The position numbers and the translations under genes are program-made. A stretch of 64,000 nt of DNA from Lytechinus pictus (taxonomy: Eukaryota), in assembly GCF_037042905.1 (NCBI RefSeq), contig NC_087251.1:25670001-25734000 (forward strand). The letters run 5' to 3'. Numbering within the stretch: the first letter of the stretch is position 1; every line of letters starts with the position of its first letter. Below the pieces are notes generated by a model, which had not been told where the DNA came from, did no database searches, and was given only the letters and a program-made list of their open reading frames with translations. Positions 1 to 12,743 of this stretch are shown here, piece by piece.

Positions 1-111
<111 letters not shown>

Positions 112-302
112 TCATTAAACATCAAATGAGAATTCCAATTCTCACATTGGTATCATTAAGCTAATAGTTTAATTTGTCATATCAGTCACACCATACACAC
201 TTGTTATTTGTTTTCTGTTAATATATTTCGTGTGAATTATATATTCTGATGAAGTTTTGTTTGACTGCATTTATAATTTGTTGATATTTTGTTCTTTTTC
301 AG

Positions 303-1038
303 ATACCCAAATTATGTCTTTGTTAGCGATAATGCAATATCTAAATCCGCTGGCCTTTCTTCAAGATACTCGGAGGATTCCTTACGGGGTGTCATTGTTG
401 ATATTTATTTCTTGTCACGTTCTGATTTTCTTGTCTGCACCTTTTCATCACAGGTAAGTAAATTTTATACCTTGGACAAACAAAGTTTGAAGTGATTATG
501 TAGGAATCAATGTTTGTTTGGTAGGCATGTGTGGGCAGTATGTTGGTCATTCTGTTGCAAATCTTGCAGCTCCAACTGCTTCCTCAGTTTTTGCCCGATG
601 CTAATGAGACAGGACACACTCATGTTCAAAAGCTCGTTTATGATTCATTCGTAATAATGCATGGTTTTTTCCCTCCCTTTGTTTTTCTCCTGCTCAAAAC
701 AGGTATGTAGAGTTGCATATGAGATGATGCAGTACATACATGAGGATGCTGCTGCCTACTTCCGTTCGCTTGATGATATCTATTACTATGGTGGGCAGAA
801 TGCCCATTTGCAATCTGTACTGTATGAGCACAAGCCACGTAGTGGGACCGATGAGATAGAAATGCTGCCCGGAGACACTATAGGTGTGGCTGGCAACCAT
901 TGGGATGGCTATTCAAAAGGTACAAACCACAGGTTAGCGGGCAGACGAGGCGGCCTGTATCCGTCGTATAAAGTTGAAGATAAAACAGACATTGCCAAGA
1001 TGCCTACCTACCCAGAGGCAGAGAACTTCCACTTATAA
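303..1038 (+). CDS. FUT8: Alpha-(1,6)-fucosyltransferase, last two coding exons (5' part outside window)
   Basis: Exons 303-453 (ag|ATACCC...CAG|gtaagt) and 703-1038 (cag|GTATGT...TAA). They encode [93 protein letters not shown], the FUT8 catalytic C-terminus plus SH3 domain. Confidence 0.97.
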
Positions 1039-1587
1039 CCCAAAGTCACTTGTCTGTCTGTCAGCAAGTCTGTGTTTGTTTTTTATTAATGTAATTCAGA
1101 TATAATGGATTTTATATAGGCTGTAGTAACCATTTGATTCTCGTCTAAAAGGAAGCAAGGACTATCTGAGTCATACCAGTTTGACATTGGATTCTGAATA
1201 GTTCTCCATTTGTAGATATCACGACTCTTCACGAGTGAGGCAATAGAAGTGTGGTGGTTTATTCAACCCTTGTCTAAGGAAGGCTTATGTATACTTGCCA
1301 GAAAGCATGTAGGGGACTGACAGCAAACTAATCATTTCTATTTGGAACACAGTGATGAAGAATAATACTAGACCACAAAGCAATAGTGCTGCTCTAGCTT
1401 CAGAATTTGAACTTTGTCCAAGGAAGACAACAGAACCTTCTTTGATAGGATATTTTAAACCAAGTAGCTGTGGAAGATCGAAACATCAAGACTACTGAAT
1501 TGGAATAAACACAGAAAAGTTTGATGATCATGAAGAACAATAATAATAATATGTCTCACATGAAGTAAATAAAATGTGATACTTGAT

Positions 1588-2062
1588 CAGGGGCAGATCC
1601 AGCTTTCGCCAATGGGGGGGATAGAAAAATATTTTCATCCACTTGTTCCCTGATCAGCATATAAAGCCATTTTTTGGGGGGGAGGTGTAGTCCTAACACT
1701 TATAAGTACATTTTAACTTTGTTTATGTAAACAAGTTATGTGTCAACTAACTAAAGCCTTAATGAATAATGTGAGCACAAAATGCGAGCTCAAATTTTTG
1801 GATATTTCATTTATTTAAACCTGAAAGTGAGCATTCTGACCATTGTTTTGTTAATTGTGAACAGAATGCGTATTTGAATAAACAATGTGAGGACAAAGCA
1901 TAAGCTGCAAATTTTTTACTCTCAGACATGAAAGTTTTACATTCCAATCACTTTTTGTAACCATGAGCAAGATGGGTAACTAAATGAAAAAATAGTGATG
2001 TGATCGATGTGCTGAAATTTGTTTATTATCCCACCTGACTGACCCCCCTGGATCCATCTATG
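1588..2062. mobile_element. Non-autonomous hAT-like MITE downstream of the FUT8 stop
   Basis: Left end CAGGGGCAGATCCAG, degenerate right end CTGGATCCATCTATG, flanked by direct repeat CTTGAT. Confidence 0.55.
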
Positions 2063-2824
2063 CTTGATGATTTAATCTTAAAGTAATAAATAGTTCACAA
2101 TATTTCAAGGGATTAAGTCGAAGCCAGTTTAGAGGCCAAATTTTTCTGGCCTTGTCCTAGGTATAAATCATGTGTGCAAAGTTGATTCGAGAAAGCTACG
2201 TATCATGTCACTTGCCATTTTAACAACAATTTTAGCTGCATTTCTGAATTCTCTAATATTGTTGGGAAATTTATGGAATTAGATGTTATTTTTCTAACTA
2301 CTATTATAAAATGTGTTTCTTTTTATGGGTAAGGTAGAGCAGATTTAATATGTCCAACTCGAGTTGAATATTGTTACACTTAGTGGCCCTTTGGTTTGAT
2401 TATGGAAAGCCAAATGTGGCACAAATATTTTGCAGTTGATCTTCAACATTTCAAACAGCTGAAATTTGCAAATTGTAATTACTTTAATGTTCTTCTATAA
2501 TGACACATGGAATAGGAAAAGAGAAAACAAATTAAATATAAAGAGTAAAGAAAAGTTGTTTCATATTTGGCCTTCCATAATTCTAGCCAAGATTAGCAGA
2601 CCCTTGCTTGGCAAAACTTGATTTCAGAATGTGGGTCTCTGTGAGAGAAAAGAAAGTGCAGCTATTATAACCATGCCATATAGTGTTATTTCTAGTAATT
2701 GTTCCCTGGTGAATTGTTCCCTACAGCAATCTTTGGAGTATAAAGATTGAGATTTATTGAGGTTGTATATTTGCATTTTAAGTCATAAACATAAGATTGC
2801 TCTGTCATCGATACATTGTCGACT

Positions 2825-3440
2825 TGATCTCAGAATGTCATTTTACTTTGATTCACATCTTGTTCATACAATTTGTCTATTAAGATGGAACGTCACTCAT
2901 TTCAAACTTAAAATCATCTCATGATATCATCTCGCTTGTAAAGGAAACCTCATATTCACATTTTATGAGAAATGAATATCTCAGTGTATATCACATTCAC
3001 ACAATTTGTCTATTAAGATGGAATGTCATTTACTCATTTCAAACTTAAAACATCTCAGAATGTCATCTCGCTGTTGAAGGAATACCTCGGATTCACATTT
3101 CACTGGGAAATTAATATATCAGTTTATTTCTCATTCACACACTTTCGGGATTATATATATATATATATATAATATATAATGTTATTTACTCATTTTAAAC
3201 TCAAAACATCTCAGAATATCATCTCTCATTTACAGGAACACCTCAGATTCCCCTTTTTCTTAGAAATGAATATCTCAGTGTGTATCTTATTCATACAATT
3301 TTTCCAATTAATAATACTCAATGTTGTTTACTCAATATAAACTTAAAACATCTCAGAATGACATCTCACATTGAAAGGAACACATCAGATTCTCATCTCA
3401 CTTTGATTGAACAGATTTATAATGACATCTCAGCTTAAAA
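2825..3440. repeat. Degenerate minisatellite, about 4 units of 135-155 bp
   Basis: The motif aact(t/c)aaaa(t)catctca...aaggaa.acctca.attc recurs at ~2906, 3042, 3198 and 3339. Confidence 0.75.
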
Positions 3441-4468
3441 TGAATGCATCATTTATTCCTTGTAATAATTTTATTCCATGTTGTAAGGTAGTAGATCTTC
3501 CACAACTTGGTTGAATTATGATAAACATATAATTTCATCACTTTGATGGAATATTAAGTGTCATTACTTTGTCAGGTTTGTGGTTTTAGAATGTAAAGTA
3601 TATCAATATTGGGAAGAAATTTTCAGTATTATTTATGTTGGGAATCATGTGTAAATGTAAGAGATAGTGCCTAATTTTCTATTGATTATAACTGTAAAAT
3701 AAGTTTGTAAATTAAATTTCATTTTGAAAATGATATGTGAATACTAAATTTTGTACTACATTATCAAAGTTTATTGCAGAAAGTCTTTAACAGAATATTA
3801 TATATAGGCGTTTTATGTACTATTTCATGTGGTGGTCATAAGTTTTGGGGTTGCATCTTGTCATGTACATGTATTTGATTAATTATCTGTATTGTAAATA
3901 ATTTGGGATTGCAAAGTGAAATATGCTTTTTTGTTTACTTGGATGAAAAAAATGAGAGAATAAACTATTCAAAATGGTGTACATGTAATTCCAGTGTATC
4001 ATTGTGATCAAATTGATTAAATTTGATCTGATATAAATTGTGTATATCTTAGAGTACATTCTAAATGGGAGTATATGGTGAGTAAGCACTATATACAATC
4101 AAAATATTATTGTTATGATCAATATTATATGATGTTTTTGCTTGAAGCATGTTTTTACCTCACACTTTTGCTCTTAAACTAAGCAAAGTCTAAAATTCTA
4201 TTTGGTGCATATATATTCATGTGCATCAAACATCAAGTGGATCTCTTATTGCATTGACATAATAGTGTTAGGCCTACTGTAATATTGAACTACATGTAAA
4301 TGAACTAATGTGAATCATGTCATTCTGAAATAATTTTCTATATTCCACTAAAGGTTGATGTTCATGATTGCCCTATTAAATTATAAAACTATGTACTCAT
4401 AGAAAACCAGGCTTTCACATACTAGTATATTCTTTAATGAATATTAGCCTATGTATTTTTAAACTTAA

Positions 4469-5074
4469 AGGACAAGTCCACCCCAACAAAAAGTTGATTT
4501 GAAAAAAAAGGAGAAAAATCCAACAAGCAAAACATTGAAAATTTCATCAAAATCGGATGTGAAATAAGAAAGTTACGACATTTTAAAGTTTCGCTTAATT
4601 TCACAAAACAGTTATATGCACATCCTGGTCGGTCTGCAAATTGGCAGACTGATGACGTCACCCACTCACTGTTTCTTTTGTATTTTATTAAATGAAATAT
4701 GAAATATTCTAATTTTCTCCTCCTTGTCAAGTGAAACAAAGTTTTATTTCTCCCTGAACATGTGGAATTTCCATTATTATAACAGTTTATGCTTAAGTTA
4801 AGTAAGTCCTTATTGTCAAATCTGTAAAAATTGAAATATTGTGTTATTCAAACAATAAAAAACAAAAGAAATAGTGAGTGATGGACATCATCGACTCTCT
4901 CATTTGCATATCGCTGAGTTGTGCATTTAACTGTTTTGTGAAAAATAAGCGAAAACTTTGAAATGTCATAACTTTCTTATTTTACATCCGATTTCGATGA
5001 AATTTGCAGCGTTATGTTTGTTTGATTTTTCTCTATCGATTCAAATCAACAATTTTCTGGGGTGGACTTGACCT
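4469..5074. mobile_element. Kolobok-like MITE with long imperfect TIRs
   Basis: TTAA|AGGACAAGTCCACCCC ... GGGGTGGACTTGACCT|TTAA, with ~200-bp imperfect inverted arms. TTAA TSD with RR..YY termini fits Kolobok. Confidence 0.8.
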
Positions 5075-5334
5075 TTAAAAGGAACAGATTTAAATGTCTA
5101 CCTCCATGAGTTAGGAGGTGACTTTCTGATATGTGTCCTGTAAGAAATTCAAAATCTATTAAAAGAATTCTATATATATATATATATGATGCTGCATAAT
5201 CTCTTGAAAATCAAATTGTTTGATTGGATTAACAGTTTGTGTATGTCATGGTATGATTGATGACAGTGGAATCTGCTAAAGGGGTCGTGGTTGTCAGATG
5301 TGACACTCCTGACATTCCACAATTAATGACCCAG

Positions 5335-5482
5335 TTAAGCACTTTGGCATTTCAAGGAATGAATTCCCTGGTTTGGTAGATGTAGTAAGTCATTTCCATT
5401 GCCAAGGAACATTACTTCCACGGTGGGATTTGAACCTCATTATTCATAGTTTGAATACATTTCCACTAGACCACAGCATCTC
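5335..5482 (-). mobile_element. Degenerate tRNA-derived SINE fragment
   Basis: Similar to the copy at 35036-35312 (ttcaaggaat.aattcc, ttgccaaggaa, gggatttgaacc B-box complement). Confidence 0.5.
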
Positions 5483-5544
5483 TGCATGCACATTGTATTG
5501 GAAGTGTTTACCAATAGATGCATACCTGAGAGATTAAGTTGGAA

Positions 5545-5810
5545 GCATCATAGAGTAGCGGATCTAACTCTGACACTCTGAAATCAGAGGGTGTTGTGTT
5601 TAAAACACACCCAGCGTCCTTTGGCAAGGCATCACTCCACACTTTGTCGCTCTCCACCCAGGATAGAATGTGAATGCCAATGTAGTATGCCTAAAAACTC
5701 ATACTAGAAAAAATGCACACATTGTATGCAGTCAAGCTAGAATCTGATGACCAGGGTAATATATATGAAAACCATTTAAAGACGTTCCAATGTACCAAGA
5801 ATATTATTGC
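5545..5810 (+). mobile_element. Degenerate tRNA-derived SINE
   Basis: tRNA-like head followed by the core cctttggcaaggca...ctctccacccagg and tail gaccagggtaat...tattatt, shared with 40355-40690. Confidence 0.55.
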
Positions 5811-8494
5811 CGCATTGTAAATTAAGAATGCAGAAAAATAAGTGTGAAATCATGTTTTCCATGGTTTTAATAAGTGAGCTTTAAAGGATTTGGCTCATAG
5901 TTATATGATATGTACAAATTTTAATCAATGGTAAAAAGTCTCTGAATAAGCCAATCATGATTTCTTTTAAATTGTACAACATGAAAACATTTATCAACTC
6001 TGTATAATCTATTTTGTGTAATGAAATTAATATATAAAGGTATTTGTATATCTACCACAAGAAATAAAGCTCTATTTTCTTCAATTTATTCCAAGATTTA
6101 GCTTCTTAATCATGGGTGATACTGAAATCCAGAAATGATCATGGTGGAAGAATTTTTATGATTAACCAATATAATGATCATTGACTATAATTAATAGACA
6201 CTAAGAGATAATTTGAACTTCTTTTCAAGTTCAGCCATTTTGACAAGGTTTTCAATTCCTATGCATATTACCTTGTCTGCTACAGTCCAAAATGTATTTA
6301 TTCTGAATAGATATATAACACTTATTATGATATTTGTTTTGCTGGTTTGTATTAAAGTACCAGTTCAAGACATTGCATAAAGTTAGAAAATTTTAGCTTT
6401 AAGTCACCAAAAGAAAGTGATTTTTCTCTCCTTGAAATGTTTGCTGGTATTAATATCAAACCCTAACAAGGCATTTTTCTTTATAAAGAACATCCAAGAA
6501 TATTCATATACTTGTTAATCTAAGACTTATGTTTGCCGTGTATGTGTTTATGCATGTACAATTTTGATAAAGAAAATTTGTGGTATATTTTCTTTTTGCA
6601 AAGAACAAGTACTTTTTGTATTATTTTAGGTCAGGATTCGGTTTTGGGTGTAGTTCGTTACAAAATGGAGAAGATGGAGTAAAAGTCATTAAAATCTGTA
6701 TACATGTTATCATGTTCTGATTTGACAAGTATTTCTATATAGTATAAATAGAGGATAATCATGTACCTCTTTAATTCTGCCATATTTTTATGTACTTTTT
6801 AAACACTTGTATAAAATGAAATCGGAAACTGAGGTGTACTTTCAGCATTCACAAAGTGTTTTGATATGGAAATGTAATAAGTTAAATTACATTAATTTGA
6901 GTTGAATTACAGTTTCTGATTCTGAAGTTCCCTTACACTGTTGTTTTGAATGGGTGGTGCTACCTAACACAAGTAAATAATGAAGTTGTGAAAGATATTT
7001 CAAATTTAGAAGTACTTCTTTGTCATATTTTCTGTTCATGTCCTTGTTGTTTTTGACAAGAATAATTATCGCAAACATGATTTCATGAACATAAAGCAAT
7101 AACAGCAGATTTAACTTCAAACGGCTTCCTTCTTCATGTCCAGCTTGTGATTACAGGTGCATGGCATGGCAATATAACTGCTCTCTTGCTAAAGGAGCTT
7201 TGAATCTTTGATCATGGTCAAAATTTATGCTTTATTTCAAGGGGGTATATATTTTTTTAAACTTTCTGCTATCAAATTTTCAAAAAAGCCACTTGTGATA
7301 TTTGAACTTGGTCTTATGCCAAGGCTTGAAGCTTAGCAATAGCATTAGATAAAATTAATTTTCTTTTACACTGAATGTTGAATTTAGATCAATGCATAAG
7401 TACGATTGTGCATTTCGTATTTAGCATGTGTGATCATTCATGACTGCCCAAGTAGGGCACATCTTGTGTAGAGTAATCTGAATGATATGTACCATTCTTT
7501 TGAGATCAATATTTTGCATTGCCATATCCTTATAATTTCACAGAAATTAAAGGAAAATTGTATTCTGAAGTAGAATACTGTATATGTAATTTATATATGC
7601 AAAGATTTCTTAAATGCAAATGTAACATTTTATGTCCAAGTTTATGTTCAACTTCAGTTAGTGCAGGCCTTAAATTTAGATATTTTGGGATCATTGTTAG
7701 AGATAACTTGTTAAAGGGGCATGCTTGACGGTAAGACATTTGTTATTTTTCAACTTTTGTATCAACTACATCTCTATTAAACATAAATTTGTCTGGGGCA
7801 GGCTTGACTGTAAGGTTGTAGGGTATTTGTTAATATTAACTAGAGTATCAATGTATTTGTTGCACATTTTAATGTGCAATACCTTTTATTTGTTGAATTA
7901 AAAAAGATGCATTGTGCCATATCATGTTTGTTGTTATATGTACAATTATGTTATTCTTTAAGGTACATGTATTACCACATCTGTACAAGTTTAATTATCA
8001 GTATTTATTAGCTGGATATTTTTATGCAGTGCCGGTCAGTTTCATGTTATGAAAGTATATTTCTCTTTTACCCCCTTTGTTTGCTATATTTTCTTTGCTA
8101 TATATTTTTTCTCCTTTTATATTTATCCATAGTTAGTCTTTTTTTTTAAGAACCCTTCAGCTATTGTTTCTTTGTTTTTATGTTTTTGTCAACTCCCATT
8201 GGTAGCTTATGATACAATTTAATCACTTAACTTTCAGTGATTTATTTTGGGTTTAATAATCTGAGGAAACCCTTTATTGTGTTTAATTTTCAGTAATCTC
8301 AATTATGAAAGTACTTGAAATTGAAGAAAGTTGGTGAAAAAAAATTTCAGCGTGATAATATGATAAGCAATGCCAAGTAGTTCATTTGGGATGATAACTT
8401 TGATTCCTGTAGTTGGACAATATATGTATTAATATTAATATTTTTATCATTACATATATGATGCCAGTGGTATAGCAAGGGATAAGGAAATATA

Positions 8495-9314
8495 CAGTGC
8501 GTCCCAGAAAAAACGAAACCGAGATTAAGCGTCGATTTATCATAACTTAATCATAAATACAATAGACAAATGACCTACCATTGTAAAGCTTAGAATCTCC
8601 TCTTTCATCTGAAATTACTTAGATTATTTCTCATTCACGCATGAGTGAGCAAAAACAATTTGAAGAGGGGATACCAAAAAGTCATTTGGCGGGCTGTATC
8701 TGGGTTTCAAAAAGAAAACCACATTTGTAAAAAGTTCAATATCTGTTCTTTAATTTGATACCTCATTAAAAGAAAATGGTCAAGAAATAACAAAGTTATG
8801 GTTATTTGAAATAAGGCTTGAATTTCAATAATTTCATAAAATGAAGAGGTTTTACAGGCTAGCGTTCAAACTCACTCGACACTCCGTTTTGTTGACGATC
8901 AGCCATGCATTAAGTCTTTTGTTCACCATGCGATAGCTTCTGTGGGAAACCGGTGAAAACACGTTTATTTAATGAAATTATGGAAATACAAGCATTGTTT
9001 CGAGGGAACATAACTTTTTTACTTCTTGACCATTCTCTGTGATTAAGGTATCAAATAAAAGAGCAGATATTGAACTTTTTAGGCATGTGATTTTCTTTTT
9101 GAAATTCAGATACCCCCCGCCAAATGAGTTTTTGGTATCCTTTCTTCAAATTGTTTTTGCTCACTCATGCGTGAATGAGGAATAATCTAAGTAATTTCAG
9201 ATGAAAGAAGAGATTCTAAGCTTTACATTGGTAGGTCATTTGTCTATTGTATTTGTAAATAAGTTATGATAAATCGTCGCTTAATCTCGGTTTCGTTTTT
9301 TCTGGGACGCACTG
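8495..9314. mobile_element. Tc1/mariner-type MITE, near-palindromic, 820 bp
   Basis: TA|CAGTGCGTCCCAGAAAAAACGAAACCGAGATTAAGCG ... CGCTTAATCTCGGTTTCGTTTTTTCTGGGACGCACTG|TA. The arms stay complementary for roughly 300 bp. Confidence 0.92.
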
Positions 9315-9734
9315 TATAGAGGGAGGGGTGACATTGGATCATGTATCCCCACCCCAACTCTTAGATTTAAAAAAAGATTGTCACCTGAACTGCCTGGTTG
9401 TTCATTTTTTAAAATAAACTTTCATTATTCTTGTCGTTTACCACTTCGAATGAAGAAACCCTTGAAATCATGCTACGCCGATGTGTTTGAAGGTTTATTG
9501 CAAGAAATTATGATGCGGTAAAAATCACTGTAGATAGCACACAAAGATGTGTGTATTCAATCGGTGATAAAAACGAATAAAATGAGATGAATCAAAACAT
9601 TATCTATTTGGTATTATTGTTCTTGTGTGAGAGGTAGTTATGGCGATGGCTTGAAATAATTTGCAGGATGGCGTGTGAATTTGGAGATGCTGAAATGTGG
9701 GAAAATTTATTTTAATGATAAGAAAAGAAATGGA

Positions 9735-10198
9735 CGAATTGGCGAGTTAACGTAGCTCGCCATGCCGACATATCACTTATCATATGTCAACAATAGCGAG
9801 ATAACGTATCTTGCCATGGTGACATACAACTTTTTGTATGTCGACGTGGCGAGATAACGTATCTCACTCACCATGTTGACAATGTCATACATCTTTTTTA
9901 CCTGCCTTCTCTTTTATTTTTAATTATCTTTATGTTCCATAATTGTATTTAATCATGTAAATCCATTCTAGATATTGTGGTTTTGTTATTTATTTCAATG
10001 TAAACATTTACAAATCTGTATTTATATTTATTTATCAACTTGGACTTACCGAGATAACCATATTGACATACAACCTTTAAAAGGTTGAATATATGTCGAC
10101 TAATAACATATCCAGTCATGCTGAAATAATAAAGTTATTATAAGTCGACAAGGCGAGATAAATTATGTCAACAAGTCGATGGCACTATAGATTCCGTT
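9735..10198. repeat. Array of short palindromes, probably the interior and end of a non-autonomous DNA element
   Basis: t(g/a)gcgag(a/t)taacgta(t/g)ct(c/t)gcca at ~9740, 9793 and 9847 (~53-bp period), alternating with gacata...tatgtc hairpins. Decayed motifs continue to ~10180. Confidence 0.55.
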
Positions 10199-12134
10199 AG
10201 GCAATGTTAGGGATGGAGGAGCGAAGCGGAAAGTTGAGGGTTAAAGGGAAAAGTGAAATGGCACTATCTTAAAACAGAAAATTAACGAAAATAGCATACA
10301 TCCCGTTCTCTAAAGGATAGAAAGCATTAATATTCAAAGTTCATGAAACTCATAGCATGTGGTATCAGGGGCAGTGGAGCGTATTTTCGTTTTGGGGTGG
10401 GAGAAAAGCCGAAAATGGACAAATACGTCAAAAGGAGAACTGGATGCAAGCAAGGTTTTTCTACATCAGATTACGTTTCTGCCTGAAGTAGCTGTTTGTT
10501 TCGTAGCTATGTAAGTTGAGTATAAAGCCATTTCATTTATTTTAAGGGATTTCTTATTGAATATAAAATGTTGAAATTGTAAATCGAAATACTTGCTTTT
10601 TTTTTTGGGGGGGGGTCTATTTTGGCGCACATTTTTGTAGTGCGTTAAAACGGTTTAGATTTCTTCCCCTTGAAATAATGTTACTTTATTGAGTGAAAGT
10701 GATTGTTGAAAATTTTCTTACAAAAGACACTTTTTATCGCTTGAGAACGTGCCCGATGTTAACACGGAAAAAATGGAGAGGGGCCATTTTTGCCTATCGG
10801 AAGGCACTGTAATGTAACAAGACAAATGCCCATTTTGGGTGTAAATAGTTCGTTAAAGAATTCATGAAGAATTCACAAAGTTTTGTTTTCTCTGTACCTT
10901 ATAAGTTTCTCTTCAGGGGCGACAATGAATTAAAAAAAAGGAAATATTTTACAATATGAAATACATAACAAAGATAATCGACTTCAAGGACGAATATGAG
11001 CAGATTTTAAAAAAATGTTTCCTCACATAGGGCACATTTCATTTTGAAAAAAAGTCCCCATGGGAATTCTGGGGGGGGGGCCAAGTGCCTCCTGCCCACC
11101 TCCACCCAACCCCCCCCCCCCCCCCGTTTCGAAAAGGAAAGTGCGCTAATTGCAATTATCTTAAATCAACAGACCTGACAATTCTTTTTATCAAACTAGA
11201 CAAGAAATGGGACATTAAAGTAACCAAGGGCATATTAATGGGAGCACTAGATCAGAGGTGAAAAGGGGCACATTGCACAAGACAGATTTCAATAAATGGG
11301 CAATTAATACTTATTTTGAAAGGGATTATTCAATTAAAAATGCACTTGCAGAACGCTAAATAAGGAAAACTGGCTCTGATCAGGCAAGGGCGGTTTCAGA
11401 AGAGCAACTTATCCGATACGAGAATGTGCACTTAAAATAAGAGATGGCCCGGCCGGGCACACTGAATAAGATGAAAGGGGCACTGAACACGTTTATAAGA
11501 GGGCAATTTCCCTTGAATGGGTAAAAGGGGGAGCATATTAGTGATTCAAAAAATGAGTTTTACAGTGACCACAACCCCCCTCCCCCTCCCAAGATCACCG
11601 CCCGTGTATTTCGTTCCAAGTATATTGCGGTGCTGCTAAAGGCTTGCACTTTGATGGACTCATACAATATGCGCCCACACCCGGCCAAGATCGTCTCGAA
11701 TCAATGGAATCGCATTGTATTGGCATGCGGATGTGTCGCTGTAATAATGTCACATTTTCGTGGAAAATCCTCAAACTTCTTTGACTTGTCAATTTATCAT
11801 GATCTGGCATCCAAACTACCTTTATTTTTTGAGTAATGACATTTTAAAATATTATTTTGCTTGTTATACGCATCTTTTTTTGGGGAAGAAAATCTTTGAT
11901 ATTGGGTACCCTTTTCTGCCTTAATTACCCCTCAGGGGGCCGGAGGGAATCGATCCCCAATGAGCATTACTAGTATACATTTGCTGATTGCTGCTCTTTT
12001 CATTGCAATCTCCGAGCTGCAGTGGCGGAGACTCGGGCATGTGCAAACTTTTCGCCAATCACGAGCACCGCGTTGCGTGGCGCCTCGATCCCACCATGTA
12101 GTGATTGGTTGAAATAAAGCATTATCATGGGCAG

Positions 12135-12403
12135 GGGCCCCGTCTTATAATTACGATTGATCCGATCAGTCTCGAGTATATAGAAATCCATCAAGGTCAT
12201 AATTGACTCCTCAGGAAATTTGCTCAATGTCATTTTAAAACAGAGAGAAACAGTGAATGTATGAACATACGTCATTTCTAGAATATATTTTGAACAAACC
12301 ATTGCAAACTGTACAAAAATGTATTTTAGATGTTGATGTTGCTGCATGATGGCCATAATATAGTTGCGATTGATCGGATCTAACTCTTTGTATAAGACGG
12401 GTC
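12135..12403. mobile_element. PIF/Harbinger-like MITE
   Basis: GGGGCCCCGTCTTATA..TTACGATTGATCCGATCA ... TTGCGATTGATCGGATC..TATAAGACGGGTCC inverted ends. Confidence 0.65.
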
Positions 12404-12463
12404 CATGGCCTGCATAACGCATGCACAAAACCATCAAAACACGGATAATGCAATACCAGGCAG

Positions 12464-12529
12464 TCAATCAATCAATCAATCAATCAATCAACCAACCAAC
12501 CAACCAATCAATCAATCAATCAGTCAATC
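12464..12529. repeat. (CAAT)n/(CAAC)n compound microsatellite
   Basis: Directly visible. Confidence 0.95.
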
Positions 12530-12558
12530 ATGGGTTGCTTATATAGTATACTGCCTCA

Positions 12559-12743
12559 CAGGGGCCGCGGAACCGGGGGGGCTGGGGGGGGGGGCTTCAG
12601 CCCCCCCTCCCCACTTTTTTTCCAAAACCGTGTACAAAAACGTAAAAATTACCATATTATGATTGTGATTTTTAGCATGCTCAGCCCCCCCCCCCCCACT
12701 TTTGGCTCAGCCCCCCACTTTGAAAACCGTTCCGCGGCCCCTG
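12559..12743. mobile_element. Small hAT-like MITE with 15-bp perfect TIRs and 5-bp TSD
   Basis: CCTCA|CAGGGGCCGCGGAAC ... GTTCCGCGGCCCCTG|CCTCA. Confidence 0.85.

Noticed and set aside
9735..9880. CRISPR-like spacing of palindromic ~23-bp repeats with ~30-bp spacers
   Set aside because: The spacers resemble each other and are palindromic, repeats are degenerate, no cas genes are present, and the DNA is eukaryotic. Better explained as a MITE interior.
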